A stretch of 64,000 nt of DNA from an uncultured Pseudomonadota bacterium (GTDB lineage: Bacteria; UBA10199; JADFYH01): the NCBI GenBank assembly GCA_964556135.1, contig CAZKUY010000001.1, forward strand, positions 114,750 through 178,749. The letters are read 5' to 3'. Positions 38,620 through 47,687 of this stretch are shown piece after piece (position 1 is the stretch's first letter; each line of letters opens with the position of its first letter). The translations under genes and the position numbers were made by a program. Below the pieces are notes generated by a model. That model ran no database searches and was not told where the DNA came from. It saw only the letters and a list, made by a program, of their open reading frames with translations.

Positions 38620-39412
38620 GATCGAATTGTTTCCATAAATGAGTCACTACATCCCAGCTTTTTTCAATCATGTTCGTAGGCCAAGGATTATCTAAGATTT
38701 TAACTTGTCCGCTTATTTCGACGTTGTCAGGTGAAATCATTCCAATCCAAATTTCTCCGTCAGTGAAGTAAGAATCACCCCCACCATTGCGGCCTCGAAA
38801 AGTAGGGCCCACTCCTGTTACGGAGTAAAGTAAGCTCACTTGCCTCACATCTTGCAAGTCTTTCAAAATTTTGTCTCTTTCGGCATCGATGTCAGGAGAA
38901 ATTCGATGAGTGACTTGGCCTGTATAGTGACTCAATCCTACGGACTCATCAAAAGTGGCAGCTCCTATCCAAAGGGGTCGATGGAGAGGATCTAAAATTT
39001 TTGTTTGCCAAAACCTCACATGGTGACGTCTTTTGGCTGAATTGCCCAACTCGCGCTCAAAGGCTAAATCTTGTTTTCTTTTAAAAAGGTAGAGTTTGCT
39101 CATAGGAGCAGTGGGGTAAGACTTTTGAGCGAGCACACTCCAAACGATCTTGCGAGAAGAAGAAAAGGTGATGGGATCCGCGGGAAGCCATCCGGCTAAA
39201 AGAAATGCATTAATCACTTCATCTTCGGTGCCTACAACTCCGATATTTAAGGCATCCCCGCTTATGCCAAGATTGGTTTCGGTGACTTTGGGATATTGTT
39301 TTAATTCAGGATTATGCTCATAATGCCTCCAAAATATCGGAAGTAAAACGTAAGCGACTGAGATGTAGGCGAGCAGACAGCCCCCAAATATTTTAAGAAG
39401 TGTATAAGTCAT
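38600..39412 (-). CDS. LssY C-terminal-domain-like membrane-anchored protein
   Basis: N-terminal TM. RRHHVRFW motif and overall pattern match my recollection of the LssY_C family. Confidence 0.5.
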   Translation of the reverse strand: MTYTLLKIFGGCLLAYISVAYVLLPIFWRHYEHNPELKQYPKVTETNLGISGDALNIGVVGTEDEVINAFLLAGWLPADPITFSSSRKIVWSVLAQKSYPTAPMSKLYLFKRKQDLAFERELGNSAKRRHHVRFWQTKILDPLHRPLWIGAATFDESVGLSHYTGQVTHRISPDIDAERDKILKDLQDVRQVSLLYSVTGVGPTFRGRNGGGDSYFTDGEIWIGMISPDNVEISGQVKILDNPWPTNMIEKSWDVVTHLWKQFDRESENK

Positions 39413-39763
39413 GAGTTTTTAAAATCCTGAAGGATATGCAATGAATTCACAAAAAATAGTGCAGTCTGAGGCGCACAACAAGAAAAATAATGAGCAGGGC
39501 AGGGCTGATCCTTGCCTAAAGCTTTCATTGACATCAGCCCTTAAATAGGGTTTTAATGATGAGGTTAGTTAGGCATGAGGCCTGGCAGAGGACCCCTCCG
39601 AGTTGCTTCCGCGAGGGGTGGTTCTTTAAATGTTTTTGGAAGATTGTATGCTTCATGCCTATCTGTAGAAAAGCCATCCTTATGTTTCTTTCCTACTCTA
39701 GGCGGTAGCGATTAGTGAAGAGCCGATCGAAATACTGATGAGGTTCTGAAGAAGAGGTTTACC

Positions 39764-40138
39764 ATGGGAAAGAAACTCTATGTAGGGAGTCTTCCTTATT
39801 CAACCAACGAAGATGAATTACGAGATATGTTCGGAGCATGTGGCTCTGTGGACAGTGTCGCAATCATCCAAGATAAATTTTCCGGTAAGTCCAAAGGTTT
39901 TGGATTCGTCGAAATGAGCAATGACGACGAAGCGGAAAAAGCCATTAACGAGTTAAACGGCAAAGAAATGGGTGGTCGTACCATTGTTGTCAACGAAGCT
40001 CGTCCCCCTGAAAAACGCGCTGGCGGATTCGGTGGCGGTGGCGGACGCGGTGGCCGTGGCGGCGGATTCGGTGGCGGCGGAGGCGGCGGAGGCCGTGACC
40101 GTGGCGATCGAGGCGGCGGAGGCCGTGGTCGTTGGTAA
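39764..40138 (+). CDS. RRM-type RNA-binding protein with Gly/Arg-rich tail
   Basis: RNP2 LYVGSL and RNP1 KGFGFVEM. C-terminal GGFGGGGGRGGRGG repeats. Confidence 0.9.
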   Translation: MGKKLYVGSLPYSTNEDELRDMFGACGSVDSVAIIQDKFSGKSKGFGFVEMSNDDEAEKAINELNGKEMGGRTIVVNEARPPEKRAGGFGGGGGRGGRGGGFGGGGGGGGRDRGDRGGGGRGRW

Positions 40139-40175
40139 TTTTTTCCATTTGAAAAAAAGACTATCGTCAAGAAAA

Positions 40176-40206
40176 GCCCTTCTGGTAATACCAGAGGGGC
40201 TTTTTA
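40176..40206 (+). terminator. rho-independent terminator
   Basis: GCCCTTCTGG-TAATA-CCAGAGGGGC (one G-U pair) followed by TTTTTAATTT. Confidence 0.7.
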
Positions 40207-40232
40207 ATTTCTCAATCACACATGAGGATATT

Positions 40233-40697
40233 ATGGATATTAAGAACACGATTTTTTTAAGGCTTTTTGGACTGGCGAAAATCCCCATGTTGTTTGCTTG
40301 CAGCCCAGAAGTAGTGAAAATGAGCCCAGAAGAAACAATCGTTAAAATCCCTTTGAATTTTATGACCCGCAATCACTTAGGTTGTATGTATTTCGGAGTA
40401 TTGGCTATGGGTGCGGATTGTGCGGGCGGTTTAATGGCGATGAGTTTAATTCGCCAAAGTAAAAACAAGGCCTCACTGCTTTTTAAAGATTTCAAAGCAG
40501 ATTTTTTGAGACGAGCCGAGGGGGATGTGCATTTCACCTGTAAAGACGGGAAAAAAATTGCGGCCCAAGTGAAAGAAGCCATTCGGAAAAAAACTCGAGT
40601 GAACCGCACCTTAAAAATTATTGCGACGACTCCCTCTGTTTCGGGTGATGAACCGGTTGCGAAGTTTGACCTGACTTTATCTTTAAAGGGAAGTTAG
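40233..40697 (+). CDS. DUF4442/hotdog-fold (PaaI-like thioesterase) protein
   Basis: Start chosen at MDIKNTIF (ATG 40233). The longer track ORF from 39972 runs through the rbp Gly-codon region and the terminator. Family call is from memory. Confidence 0.55.
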   Translation: MDIKNTIFLRLFGLAKIPMLFACSPEVVKMSPEETIVKIPLNFMTRNHLGCMYFGVLAMGADCAGGLMAMSLIRQSKNKASLLFKDFKADFLRRAEGDVHFTCKDGKKIAAQVKEAIRKKTRVNRTLKIIATTPSVSGDEPVAKFDLTLSLKGS

Positions 40698-41686
40698 TCC
40701 TGAGCAATGTTTAAGACGATTTTACCGATGTTTTGATTACTTTCCATGCAACGATGAGCGCTTTGTACATCCTGCCAATCAAAAATTTTATAAATAATGG
40801 GTTTTAGTTTTTTTTCTGCAAAGGCGGGAAGTGCTGCCTTGGAAAAATCAGAAATGAGTTTGCCTTTGTAATCGTTGTCACGCGAACGCAAAGTAGTTCC
40901 CATCACCTGTAAATGCTTCGTGAAAAAAGGAAGCATATTAAACTCTTCGACTTTAAATCCTCCTTGGGCGGCAATCAGAATGAGCTTTCCGCCTGCCTTT
41001 AAACTTTTTAGGTTTTGGTTCCAATAAGGAGCGCCAATAAAATCAAGAATCAGATCCACGCCTTTTTTTTGGCTTTCGGCAGAGAGCCAATCTTGCCAAG
41101 TTCCTTGTTTGTAATTAAAGCCCGCAGTGGCTCCGAGTGTTTTGCAGTATTCGATTTTTTCTTCACTGCCCGCCGTGATGTAAATGGCTGAGGCCTCAAA
41201 AAAATTGGCAATTTGGATAGCAGCCGTGCCGACCCCGCTTGCGCCGGCATGAATTAACACGCTTTGCCCGGCTTGAAAATGGCCCAGACTGCAGAGCACT
41301 TGATAAGCGGTGAGAAAGACTTCAGGAATGGCTGCCGCTTCAGTAAAACTCAAGTGCTTTGGAATGGGCATGACCAATCGTTCGTCGACTGAGACAAATT
41401 CAGCATAGCCACCCCCGGAAAGCAATGCCATGACTGCATCCCCCGGTTTATAGTTTTTACAACCTGAACCGACGGCTTCGATGACTCCCGCTACATCCAA
41501 TCCTAAAATAGGACTCGCACCCGCAGGAGGTGGATATTTTCCTTCGCGTTGTAAAATATCTGCACGATTAATAGATGCAGCTTTTACCCGAATTAAAACT
41601 TCATGATTTTGGGGGAGCGGAGTCGGATAGTCCACTAATTCCAGTTGTTCCGCTCCACCCGGTGACTTGATGAGAATTGCTTTCAT
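40694..41686 (-). CDS. NADPH:quinone oxidoreductase (zinc-independent MDR, Qor-like)
   Basis: VKAASINRADILQREGKYPPP and HAGASGVGTAAIQ motifs. Confidence 0.85.
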   Translation of the reverse strand: MKAILIKSPGGAEQLELVDYPTPLPQNHEVLIRVKAASINRADILQREGKYPPPAGASPILGLDVAGVIEAVGSGCKNYKPGDAVMALLSGGGYAEFVSVDERLVMPIPKHLSFTEAAAIPEVFLTAYQVLCSLGHFQAGQSVLIHAGASGVGTAAIQIANFFEASAIYITAGSEEKIEYCKTLGATAGFNYKQGTWQDWLSAESQKKGVDLILDFIGAPYWNQNLKSLKAGGKLILIAAQGGFKVEEFNMLPFFTKHLQVMGTTLRSRDNDYKGKLISDFSKAALPAFAEKKLKPIIYKIFDWQDVQSAHRCMESNQNIGKIVLNIAQD

Positions 41687-43244
41687 AGGAAAAACCTTCG
41701 CTTAATTTTCGTTGTTTTAAATCGAGAAGAAATAAGCAGAACGCCGTCAGCGCATACACGAATGCGAAATCGGGCGCGGTTCCAAAACCAATGCTGTTTT
41801 GCACGCCTGCTTCGCTTAAATTAAAAGCGTGAATAAATCCGAAGAAAGATAAAGTGGCAGCAGCCAGTGCCCAGCAACCGGCTTTGAAAAAATCCTTCTC
41901 GATTAAATAAACCATGAAGGCGGCTAAAAGAATGGAAGAGAGTAGAAAACCTTGGCTTAAGGCGATGATTCCATAAATATAAAGTTCATGACCAAATTGA
42001 GTTGCTGTAGCGAAAAGAGTGGTGCCTGCTTTGCGGAGCGTGGTTTCAATGAGTAAAAGTCCCCAAGCAGCGAGCGCAGGAATGAGTCCTACCGCGACGG
42101 CCAAGTTATGGGCTTTCGGAACTTCTTGAAAGGCTTGCGACGTAATCACGATCCCGATCCAAAGTAAAATTCCAAGCGTGGCCTCTAGAGGAATCCATTG
42201 AAGTAAGAAAGTAATGCCCCCCAAAAAACAAAGGAGTGCAATCACCACTCCATTTAAAACTGAATAGCCACTTCGCGCTCCCATAGCTTTCCAAGCGGGA
42301 TGTCCAATGTAGATCGTTGTTGGAAAAGGGCTACCAAAAAGTGCGGCAATGAAGCCGCAAATGCCATTTGCAAAAAGAGAAGGCTTGGTCGGATAATTAT
42401 CGCCGGCTGCTTGTGCGCTTTCTAGATTTTGTAAAGAGCCGATGATGTTGAATAAAGACATGGGGAAAATTACCGCCATATATTTCCAGCCATGAGCACT
42501 AAAAATGAAGGAGAATAAATCAGCTGGGACAGGAAAAGGCGGATGGAGTCCGAAACTGTATATTTCGGCAGAAGGTTGAAAAAGATTAAAACCCAACCAG
42601 CGACTTAACCACGCAATGAAAGTGCCGACGAGCAGCGCAATAAAACCGCCGGGGAGTCCACCCCAAAAACGCATTTTCGTGGTATAGGCAATTAAGATGA
42701 TGAGCATGGGAAATAATGCGAGCAGAGGAGATGCAAAAATCTCAAAGATGAAACTCATGGCAATGAAAGTGATCGCAATGCCCGCCAGTGAAGAAAGTAA
42801 AGCGGCACGGGGCGTGTTTTTACGTAGCCAATCTCCAAAAAAAACGCCGATCAATTCTACGACTGCACTCACAAGTGAGGCAAATAATCCGACTTGCCAA
42901 GTGAGCAGAGGATTTTTGGTTTCCTGATAGACCGGACCCATGACTAAAAAAATAAAGGCCATCAGGCTTGCGGTATTGATTCCGTAAGGAAGAGCCGTCA
43001 CGTCTTGACGGCCAGTGAGTTTTGCTAAACGCCGAGCTTGCCAGGCATAAAATAAATTTCCGGCTAAGATAGAAAGGGCGGCACCCGGAAGTATTTGATG
43101 CGTGATGAATTCGGTGGGGAGCCCGCAAACCGTATTGCACAGCACCATGATCAGCATGAGTTGTAGAAGATTATCGACAAAAAGTCCGAAGAATCCGTCG
43201 AGGTCACCGAGGCAGAAATAGGGGAGTTTGTTTGTTGTGTTCAT
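41601..43244 (-). CDS. NCS2/AzgA-like permease (xanthine/uracil/vitamin C permease superfamily)
   Basis: About 12-14 hydrophobic helices with an N-terminal DLDGFFGLFVDNL pattern. The 3' tail overlaps qor by 86 nt. Confidence 0.65.
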   Translation of the reverse strand: MNTTNKLPYFCLGDLDGFFGLFVDNLLQLMLIMVLCNTVCGLPTEFITHQILPGAALSILAGNLFYAWQARRLAKLTGRQDVTALPYGINTASLMAFIFLVMGPVYQETKNPLLTWQVGLFASLVSAVVELIGVFFGDWLRKNTPRAALLSSLAGIAITFIAMSFIFEIFASPLLALFPMLIILIAYTTKMRFWGGLPGGFIALLVGTFIAWLSRWLGFNLFQPSAEIYSFGLHPPFPVPADLFSFIFSAHGWKYMAVIFPMSLFNIIGSLQNLESAQAAGDNYPTKPSLFANGICGFIAALFGSPFPTTIYIGHPAWKAMGARSGYSVLNGVVIALLCFLGGITFLLQWIPLEATLGILLWIGIVITSQAFQEVPKAHNLAVAVGLIPALAAWGLLLIETTLRKAGTTLFATATQFGHELYIYGIIALSQGFLLSSILLAAFMVYLIEKDFFKAGCWALAAATLSFFGFIHAFNLSEAGVQNSIGFGTAPDFAFVYALTAFCLFLLDLKQRKLSEGFSYESNSHQVTGWSGTTGISGLSDSAPPKS

Positions 43245-43307
43245 GGGAGGCTTTAATATCCGTCACTTAGCTAGAATAAGTCAACATTCCCGTCCAAAAA
43301 GCGCTCG

Positions 43308-43333
43308 CAACTTTTTGAGTGTTTCGGCGATAA
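43308..43333 (+). promoter_or_regulatory. CAAC-N16-CGATAA promoter-like motif (copy B)
   Basis: GCAAC at 43307-43311 and CGATAA at 43328-43333, 16-nt spacer, 50 nt upstream of ATG 43384. Confidence 0.6.
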
Positions 43334-43383
43334 GTCTCAGAATTATTCATCACTAAAAAATGGGCATACGATGATGGTTTTAC

Positions 43384-46059
43384 ATGACTCGTGTATCGGC
43401 CAACCTGCGTTTTCTATCGGATGTTTCTTCCATTTCTGGGGGAAATATTGCTGCGTTTTCGCGGGCGCAATTGCAGAATGACGCGTCGAGTTATGGCCTG
43501 TCGGAAGAACTCAGTCATTGGCAGTCTTTGGGCGCGATGACTTTAGGAAGCTTATCCTATCGTTTGAGCGGTCTTGTCTTGCGCTCCGTGATGCCAGGGC
43601 TGAGTCGATATCTCGCTCCTGCTTTCGCATTAGGTTCTGAAGTGGCCACTTATGAACTGAGTCAACGTTCTCTTCTTTCTCTCTCAGATTCTACTTCTCA
43701 CTCAAATTTATTTTCCTGGTCTGGCACCGGCGGGATTGAAGAAGGTCTTCGAGTTTCCTACGTGAATTTTGCTTTTCTAAAAATAGGCGGACATTTTCAT
43801 TCCCGAAATTTATTTCTTCAACATCTCACTCAAGCCTCAGCGATGGTGGCAGGTCATGCGGCCACAGCGGGATTAGGTTGGGTGGAAGAAGAAAAAGGAA
43901 GTCTTTTCGAAAGATTAGTTCATGCGGAAGCAATGAATTTGCAAATGGGTATCGCGATGACGCTTCTCCATGGATTTTTACCTCAAGTCCGAAGCATAGA
44001 AAATGATGTGAACAGACGCATTCACGCCTTGCCGACCGCTGAAAATTTTCAATTTCGAAATAATGTTGAAAACTTAGCAATGAGATCTGCGAGAAGAACT
44101 CGCCAACCAGTGCCTCCTGGTGTTTTGCCAATGCCCGCCATTATTCAAGGTTATTTTTCCGAGCTTGAAAGTTTGGATGTTCAAGTCCGTTTGGGGGGAT
44201 TGAGAGCTTTGGGAATGTTGAAACCGGAAGCACGTATTAATGGAAGAATTTTGATGTGTTTGGGAGATCCTGAAGCGCAAGTTCGATTAGAAGCGATTAA
44301 AATTATGGATAGAAATGATCCTGTCCAATTACTCGAAGTGCTGAGACAACTTCAGGGGAAACCCGATCCAGACTCAGGTGTTCGCTTTTTGATAGAGACT
44401 GTGATTTGTAGAAAAGTGGTTCATTCCTCACCTTTGGTGCCCTTTGATCATACTGCGCAGGCCAAAGCTGAAAGGGACTTGCTGCAACTGATGCGTCCGA
44501 ATATGGGCCTTTTGATTGCGATGGGGGGAACTTGGGGGGCTGTTTTTGATGCTGCTTTTGCAAGAAGAACCGGCTCGGATGGGTTTTTAAGGAGAGAAAT
44601 AACAGATGGAACTTTAAGGAAGAAATTGCCTGCTCGAAGGGCGCCTGATCAAATTATCCCTGCCGATTTGGGTTTAAGTTCTTACCGAGGTCGTTACACT
44701 GTGGAAGCGTGGCGTAGACATGCTCGGCAAGCTCTTTCAGATGATAGGCGTCGTGAAGTGACAAGATGCCGGGAGCAAGTCGAAAAGAATTTAAGAGGGA
44801 AGCTCCATAAAGATAATTTATGGCTCCAAGGTTTAATGGAAACGGCCCTCATCGAAGAGCGTTACGGAACTTTGGAAGCTATCAGACAGAGAACCGTGAC
44901 CGATAGGATTGTGGAAGCGCTGAGATGTATTGAAGTGGAACAACGTTCGACTTTTTACGAAGTCATTCTCGAACAAATTTTGGATCATAGCCAAACTCAA
45001 GAGCAGGTGGGGGCTTTAGTAGAGCAATATTTTGTTTTTTGCAAAACATTGGGCCAGCGCAATTTTAAAGCTTCTTTAAGCGCAAGCTTCGATAGAAGAG
45101 TTTTATACGAAGTTGGAAGAGAGCTTCCCGAGGGAAGTCGCTGGTATTTTAATGAACAAGTTGAATTCGTGATAGATGAGGTTTTTGCAGGAATTTATGA
45201 AGAGTTTTTGCTTCGTGGAATCAGCGCAGAGGAAGCGGTCTTAGAAATGGAAACTCTTTTGCGAGAGGGTCGCTTGCACAGGGCTGTCATTCATCGTTGG
45301 GAGAATTGTAGGAGCTCTGCGGTCAGTCCTTTTGAAAGTGTGGATGAAAGACACCCTGTCGAGCAGTTTGATGCGGCCTGTAAACATTTGCTCGAGAAAA
45401 AAGACCTGCCGAGCCCTCGAGAAGATAGAGAGGCTTGCGTCGTGTTGGCAAGAATCTCTGCGGTCCATCCGGATCTTTTCCGCTCTGAGCATTTGGCTGT
45501 TTTATTGAAAATATTTGAAGAAAGAAGATTGTTTGAAATTAATGAGATTTTCCGAAATATATTGGATGCGACTTATTTTCCTGACACCGATCCTGTGATT
45601 GGGCTTCAAATTTTAAATGCGCACCTGGCCTATGAAATAGGAGACATCGAAACATTTCCAGTCGAATTTAAAGGGGGCGATTGTTTAGACCCAAGCCTAG
45701 AAGCCCGTGAGCGCGTGATCGATTTAGCCCGTCGCTACAAGGAATTTTTTTATATCAGGCATTTAACTATTAACTCTACTGCATGGCTTCAAAGTGGTAG
45801 CCAGCATGTATTAGATGGATGGCGTCGTGAATTGCTTTCAGTATTCGGGATGAGGGATGATGCCGGCGTCATTGCAGAGATGAATGCACAAGTCATTGCC
45901 AGACATCATGTTAATACTCATCCCTTAACTCAGGATTCAGAAAGTCGAAGTCGCTTATTGGAGGGAGAGGAAGTTCCTTTGCCATTGATACGAACGCCGC
46001 AAGCCATTCCCTTGGTGGGTCCCCCTAGAACTTCTTCAAAGCCTGGACCAAATCATTGA
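43384..46059 (+). CDS. family N-module protein with HEAT-like repeats and a long all-alpha C-terminal region (891 aa)
   Basis: aa 1-212 is paralogous to the other three family members. aa ~255-330 has VQVRLGGLRALG / EAQVRLEAIKIM HEAT-like repeats. The rest is unrecognised. Confidence 0.6.
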   Translation: MTRVSANLRFLSDVSSISGGNIAAFSRAQLQNDASSYGLSEELSHWQSLGAMTLGSLSYRLSGLVLRSVMPGLSRYLAPAFALGSEVATYELSQRSLLSLSDSTSHSNLFSWSGTGGIEEGLRVSYVNFAFLKIGGHFHSRNLFLQHLTQASAMVAGHAATAGLGWVEEEKGSLFERLVHAEAMNLQMGIAMTLLHGFLPQVRSIENDVNRRIHALPTAENFQFRNNVENLAMRSARRTRQPVPPGVLPMPAIIQGYFSELESLDVQVRLGGLRALGMLKPEARINGRILMCLGDPEAQVRLEAIKIMDRNDPVQLLEVLRQLQGKPDPDSGVRFLIETVICRKVVHSSPLVPFDHTAQAKAERDLLQLMRPNMGLLIAMGGTWGAVFDAAFARRTGSDGFLRREITDGTLRKKLPARRAPDQIIPADLGLSSYRGRYTVEAWRRHARQALSDDRRREVTRCREQVEKNLRGKLHKDNLWLQGLMETALIEERYGTLEAIRQRTVTDRIVEALRCIEVEQRSTFYEVILEQILDHSQTQEQVGALVEQYFVFCKTLGQRNFKASLSASFDRRVLYEVGRELPEGSRWYFNEQVEFVIDEVFAGIYEEFLLRGISAEEAVLEMETLLREGRLHRAVIHRWENCRSSAVSPFESVDERHPVEQFDAACKHLLEKKDLPSPREDREACVVLARISAVHPDLFRSEHLAVLLKIFEERRLFEINEIFRNILDATYFPDTDPVIGLQILNAHLAYEIGDIETFPVEFKGGDCLDPSLEARERVIDLARRYKEFFYIRHLTINSTAWLQSGSQHVLDGWRRELLSVFGMRDDAGVIAEMNAQVIARHHVNTHPLTQDSESRSRLLEGEEVPLPLIRTPQAIPLVGPPRTSSKPGPNH

Positions 46060-47395
46060 TGACCGACTGAGCATCGCCGTAGAGCATTCTCGTATTATCA
46101 CTGAAAAATAATTCATTTTCGATTCCCGCAAAGCCTTTGCCTTTCCCACGTTTGATGACGATGGCATTTTTAGATTTATCGACATCGAGGATGGGCATTC
46201 CGTAAATGGGGCTGGAAGCATTATTGCGAGCGGCTGGATTGACCACATCGTTCGCGCCAATGACTAAGCTGACATCCGTGCTCGGAAATTCTGCATTGAT
46301 TTCTTCAATATCAAATAAGCATTCGTAAGGCACACCGGACTCTGCGAGCAGCACATTCATGTGACCTGGCATGCGGCCAGCGACCGGATGAATTGCGAAT
46401 TTCACTTCGATTCCTTTTTTGCTGAGTAAATCGAGAAGTTCACGTACTTTGTGTTGGGCTTGAGCCACGGCCATTCCGTAGCCTGGAACAATGATCACTT
46501 TATTGGAATAGGCGAGAAGGATCGCAGCGTCTTCCAATCCAATTTCCTTCAGACTGCCTTTCATTTCGCTGGCGACAGTTTCTTGCCCTTTGCCGAAAGC
46601 TCCAAATAAAACATTTCGAATGGATCGATTCATGGCTTTGGCCATAAGTTGAGTAAGCAGCGTTCCCGCTGCACCGACCACGGTTCCCGCGATGATCATT
46701 GAATAGTTATCGAGCGCAAAACCTTCAAAACCCACAGCAAGCCCCGTAAAGGCATTGAAAAGAGAAATGACCACCGGCATGTCTCCGCCGCCAATGGGTA
46801 GGGTCATGAAAATTCCAAAACTAAAGGTCAGGACGAAAAAGAGAATGAGATATAAAGAATCTCCATGAGAAAAATATTCATAGCCGACATAAAAAGTCGC
46901 GGCCAAGAGGATTAAATTAAAAATATTCTGAAGCGGAAAGGTGATGGGTTTTTCTCGCATCCAACCTTGAAGTTTCAAAAATGCAATCAAGCTTCCGCTG
47001 AAAGCAATCACGCCAATGAGTCCGCCGATCATGCTCAAAAAAAGTAAAAGAGGTTGAGCGATGAAGATATTTGCTTCCGTCATTTCGATGAAGGCAATGG
47101 CGCCTGCGGCACCACCACCCATGCCGTTAAAGAGCGCAATCATTTGAGGCATGTCGGTCATGGGAATTTTTTTAGAAGCAATCCAAGATGGAATTACACC
47201 GAGCGCAATAGCCAATAAAATAAGGCCATAATTCGAAAGTCCGGGAGTAAAAAGAGTCACAATACTCGCTAAGAGCATTGCGGCGCCTGCCCAGACAATG
47301 CCGCTTTTGGCACTCAAGGGGGAACTCATTTTCTTCAAACCTAAGATGAAGAGTAAAGCGGTAATGAAATAAGTGCTTTGGATGAGGAGATTCAT
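46025..47395 (-). CDS. pntB: NAD(P) transhydrogenase subunit beta
   Basis: Start chosen at MNLLIQSTY (ATG 47395, 1 nt after the pntAB stop). C-terminal dIII motifs VPGYGMAVAQAQ and GANDVVNPAA. Confidence 0.9.
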   Translation of the reverse strand: MNLLIQSTYFITALLFILGLKKMSSPLSAKSGIVWAGAAMLLASIVTLFTPGLSNYGLILLAIALGVIPSWIASKKIPMTDMPQMIALFNGMGGGAAGAIAFIEMTEANIFIAQPLLLFLSMIGGLIGVIAFSGSLIAFLKLQGWMREKPITFPLQNIFNLILLAATFYVGYEYFSHGDSLYLILFFVLTFSFGIFMTLPIGGGDMPVVISLFNAFTGLAVGFEGFALDNYSMIIAGTVVGAAGTLLTQLMAKAMNRSIRNVLFGAFGKGQETVASEMKGSLKEIGLEDAAILLAYSNKVIIVPGYGMAVAQAQHKVRELLDLLSKKGIEVKFAIHPVAGRMPGHMNVLLAESGVPYECLFDIEEINAEFPSTDVSLVIGANDVVNPAARNNASSPIYGMPILDVDKSKNAIVIKRGKGKGFAGIENELFFSDNTRMLYGDAQSVINDLVQALKKF

Positions 47396-47396
47396 G

Positions 47397-47687
47397 TTAA
47401 TTTTTCTTCTTTGCCTCAAACATTTTAAGCATGCGAACGGTGACGGTATATCCGCCTGCCGCATTCATGGCGGACAAGAAAACTCCGAGAAAGCCAATGA
47501 TTTTATCCTGCAAAGTCACCGCATGTCCTAAACAAAGAATGGCACCGACGAGCACGATACCGTGGATGAAATTGGAGCCTGACATCAAAGGTGTGTGTAA
47601 AATGACCGGGACTTTTGCGATGACTTCATAGCCAGTGAAAATAGCGAGTAGAAAAATATACAGCGCGGGCCAAAGCGATTCGCTCAT
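47397..47687 (-). CDS. pntAB: NAD(P) transhydrogenase subunit alpha part 2
   Basis: 96-aa, three-TM protein between pntAA and pntB. 4-nt overlap with pntAA. Confidence 0.85.
   Translation of the reverse strand: MSESLWPALYIFLLAIFTGYEVIAKVPVILHTPLMSGSNFIHGIVLVGAILCLGHAVTLQDKIIGFLGVFLSAMNAAGGYTVTVRMLKMFEAKKKN

Noticed and set aside
39796-40372. Two minus-strand ORFs (39796-40170 and 39953-40372) and the plus-strand extension 39972-40232, encoding Pro-rich or Ala-rich low-complexity peptides
   Set aside because: They are alternative-frame or antisense readings of the GGC/GGT Gly-codon repeats of the RRM protein gene, and they cross its terminator. These are frame artefacts of a GC-rich repeat.
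46025-47464. Longer pntB ORF starting at 47464, with a 23-aa Cys/Arg-rich extension overlapping pntAB
   Set aside because: The canonical hydrophobic start MNLLIQSTY at 47395 follows the pntAB stop by 1 nt. The extension lies inside the pntAB coding sequence.
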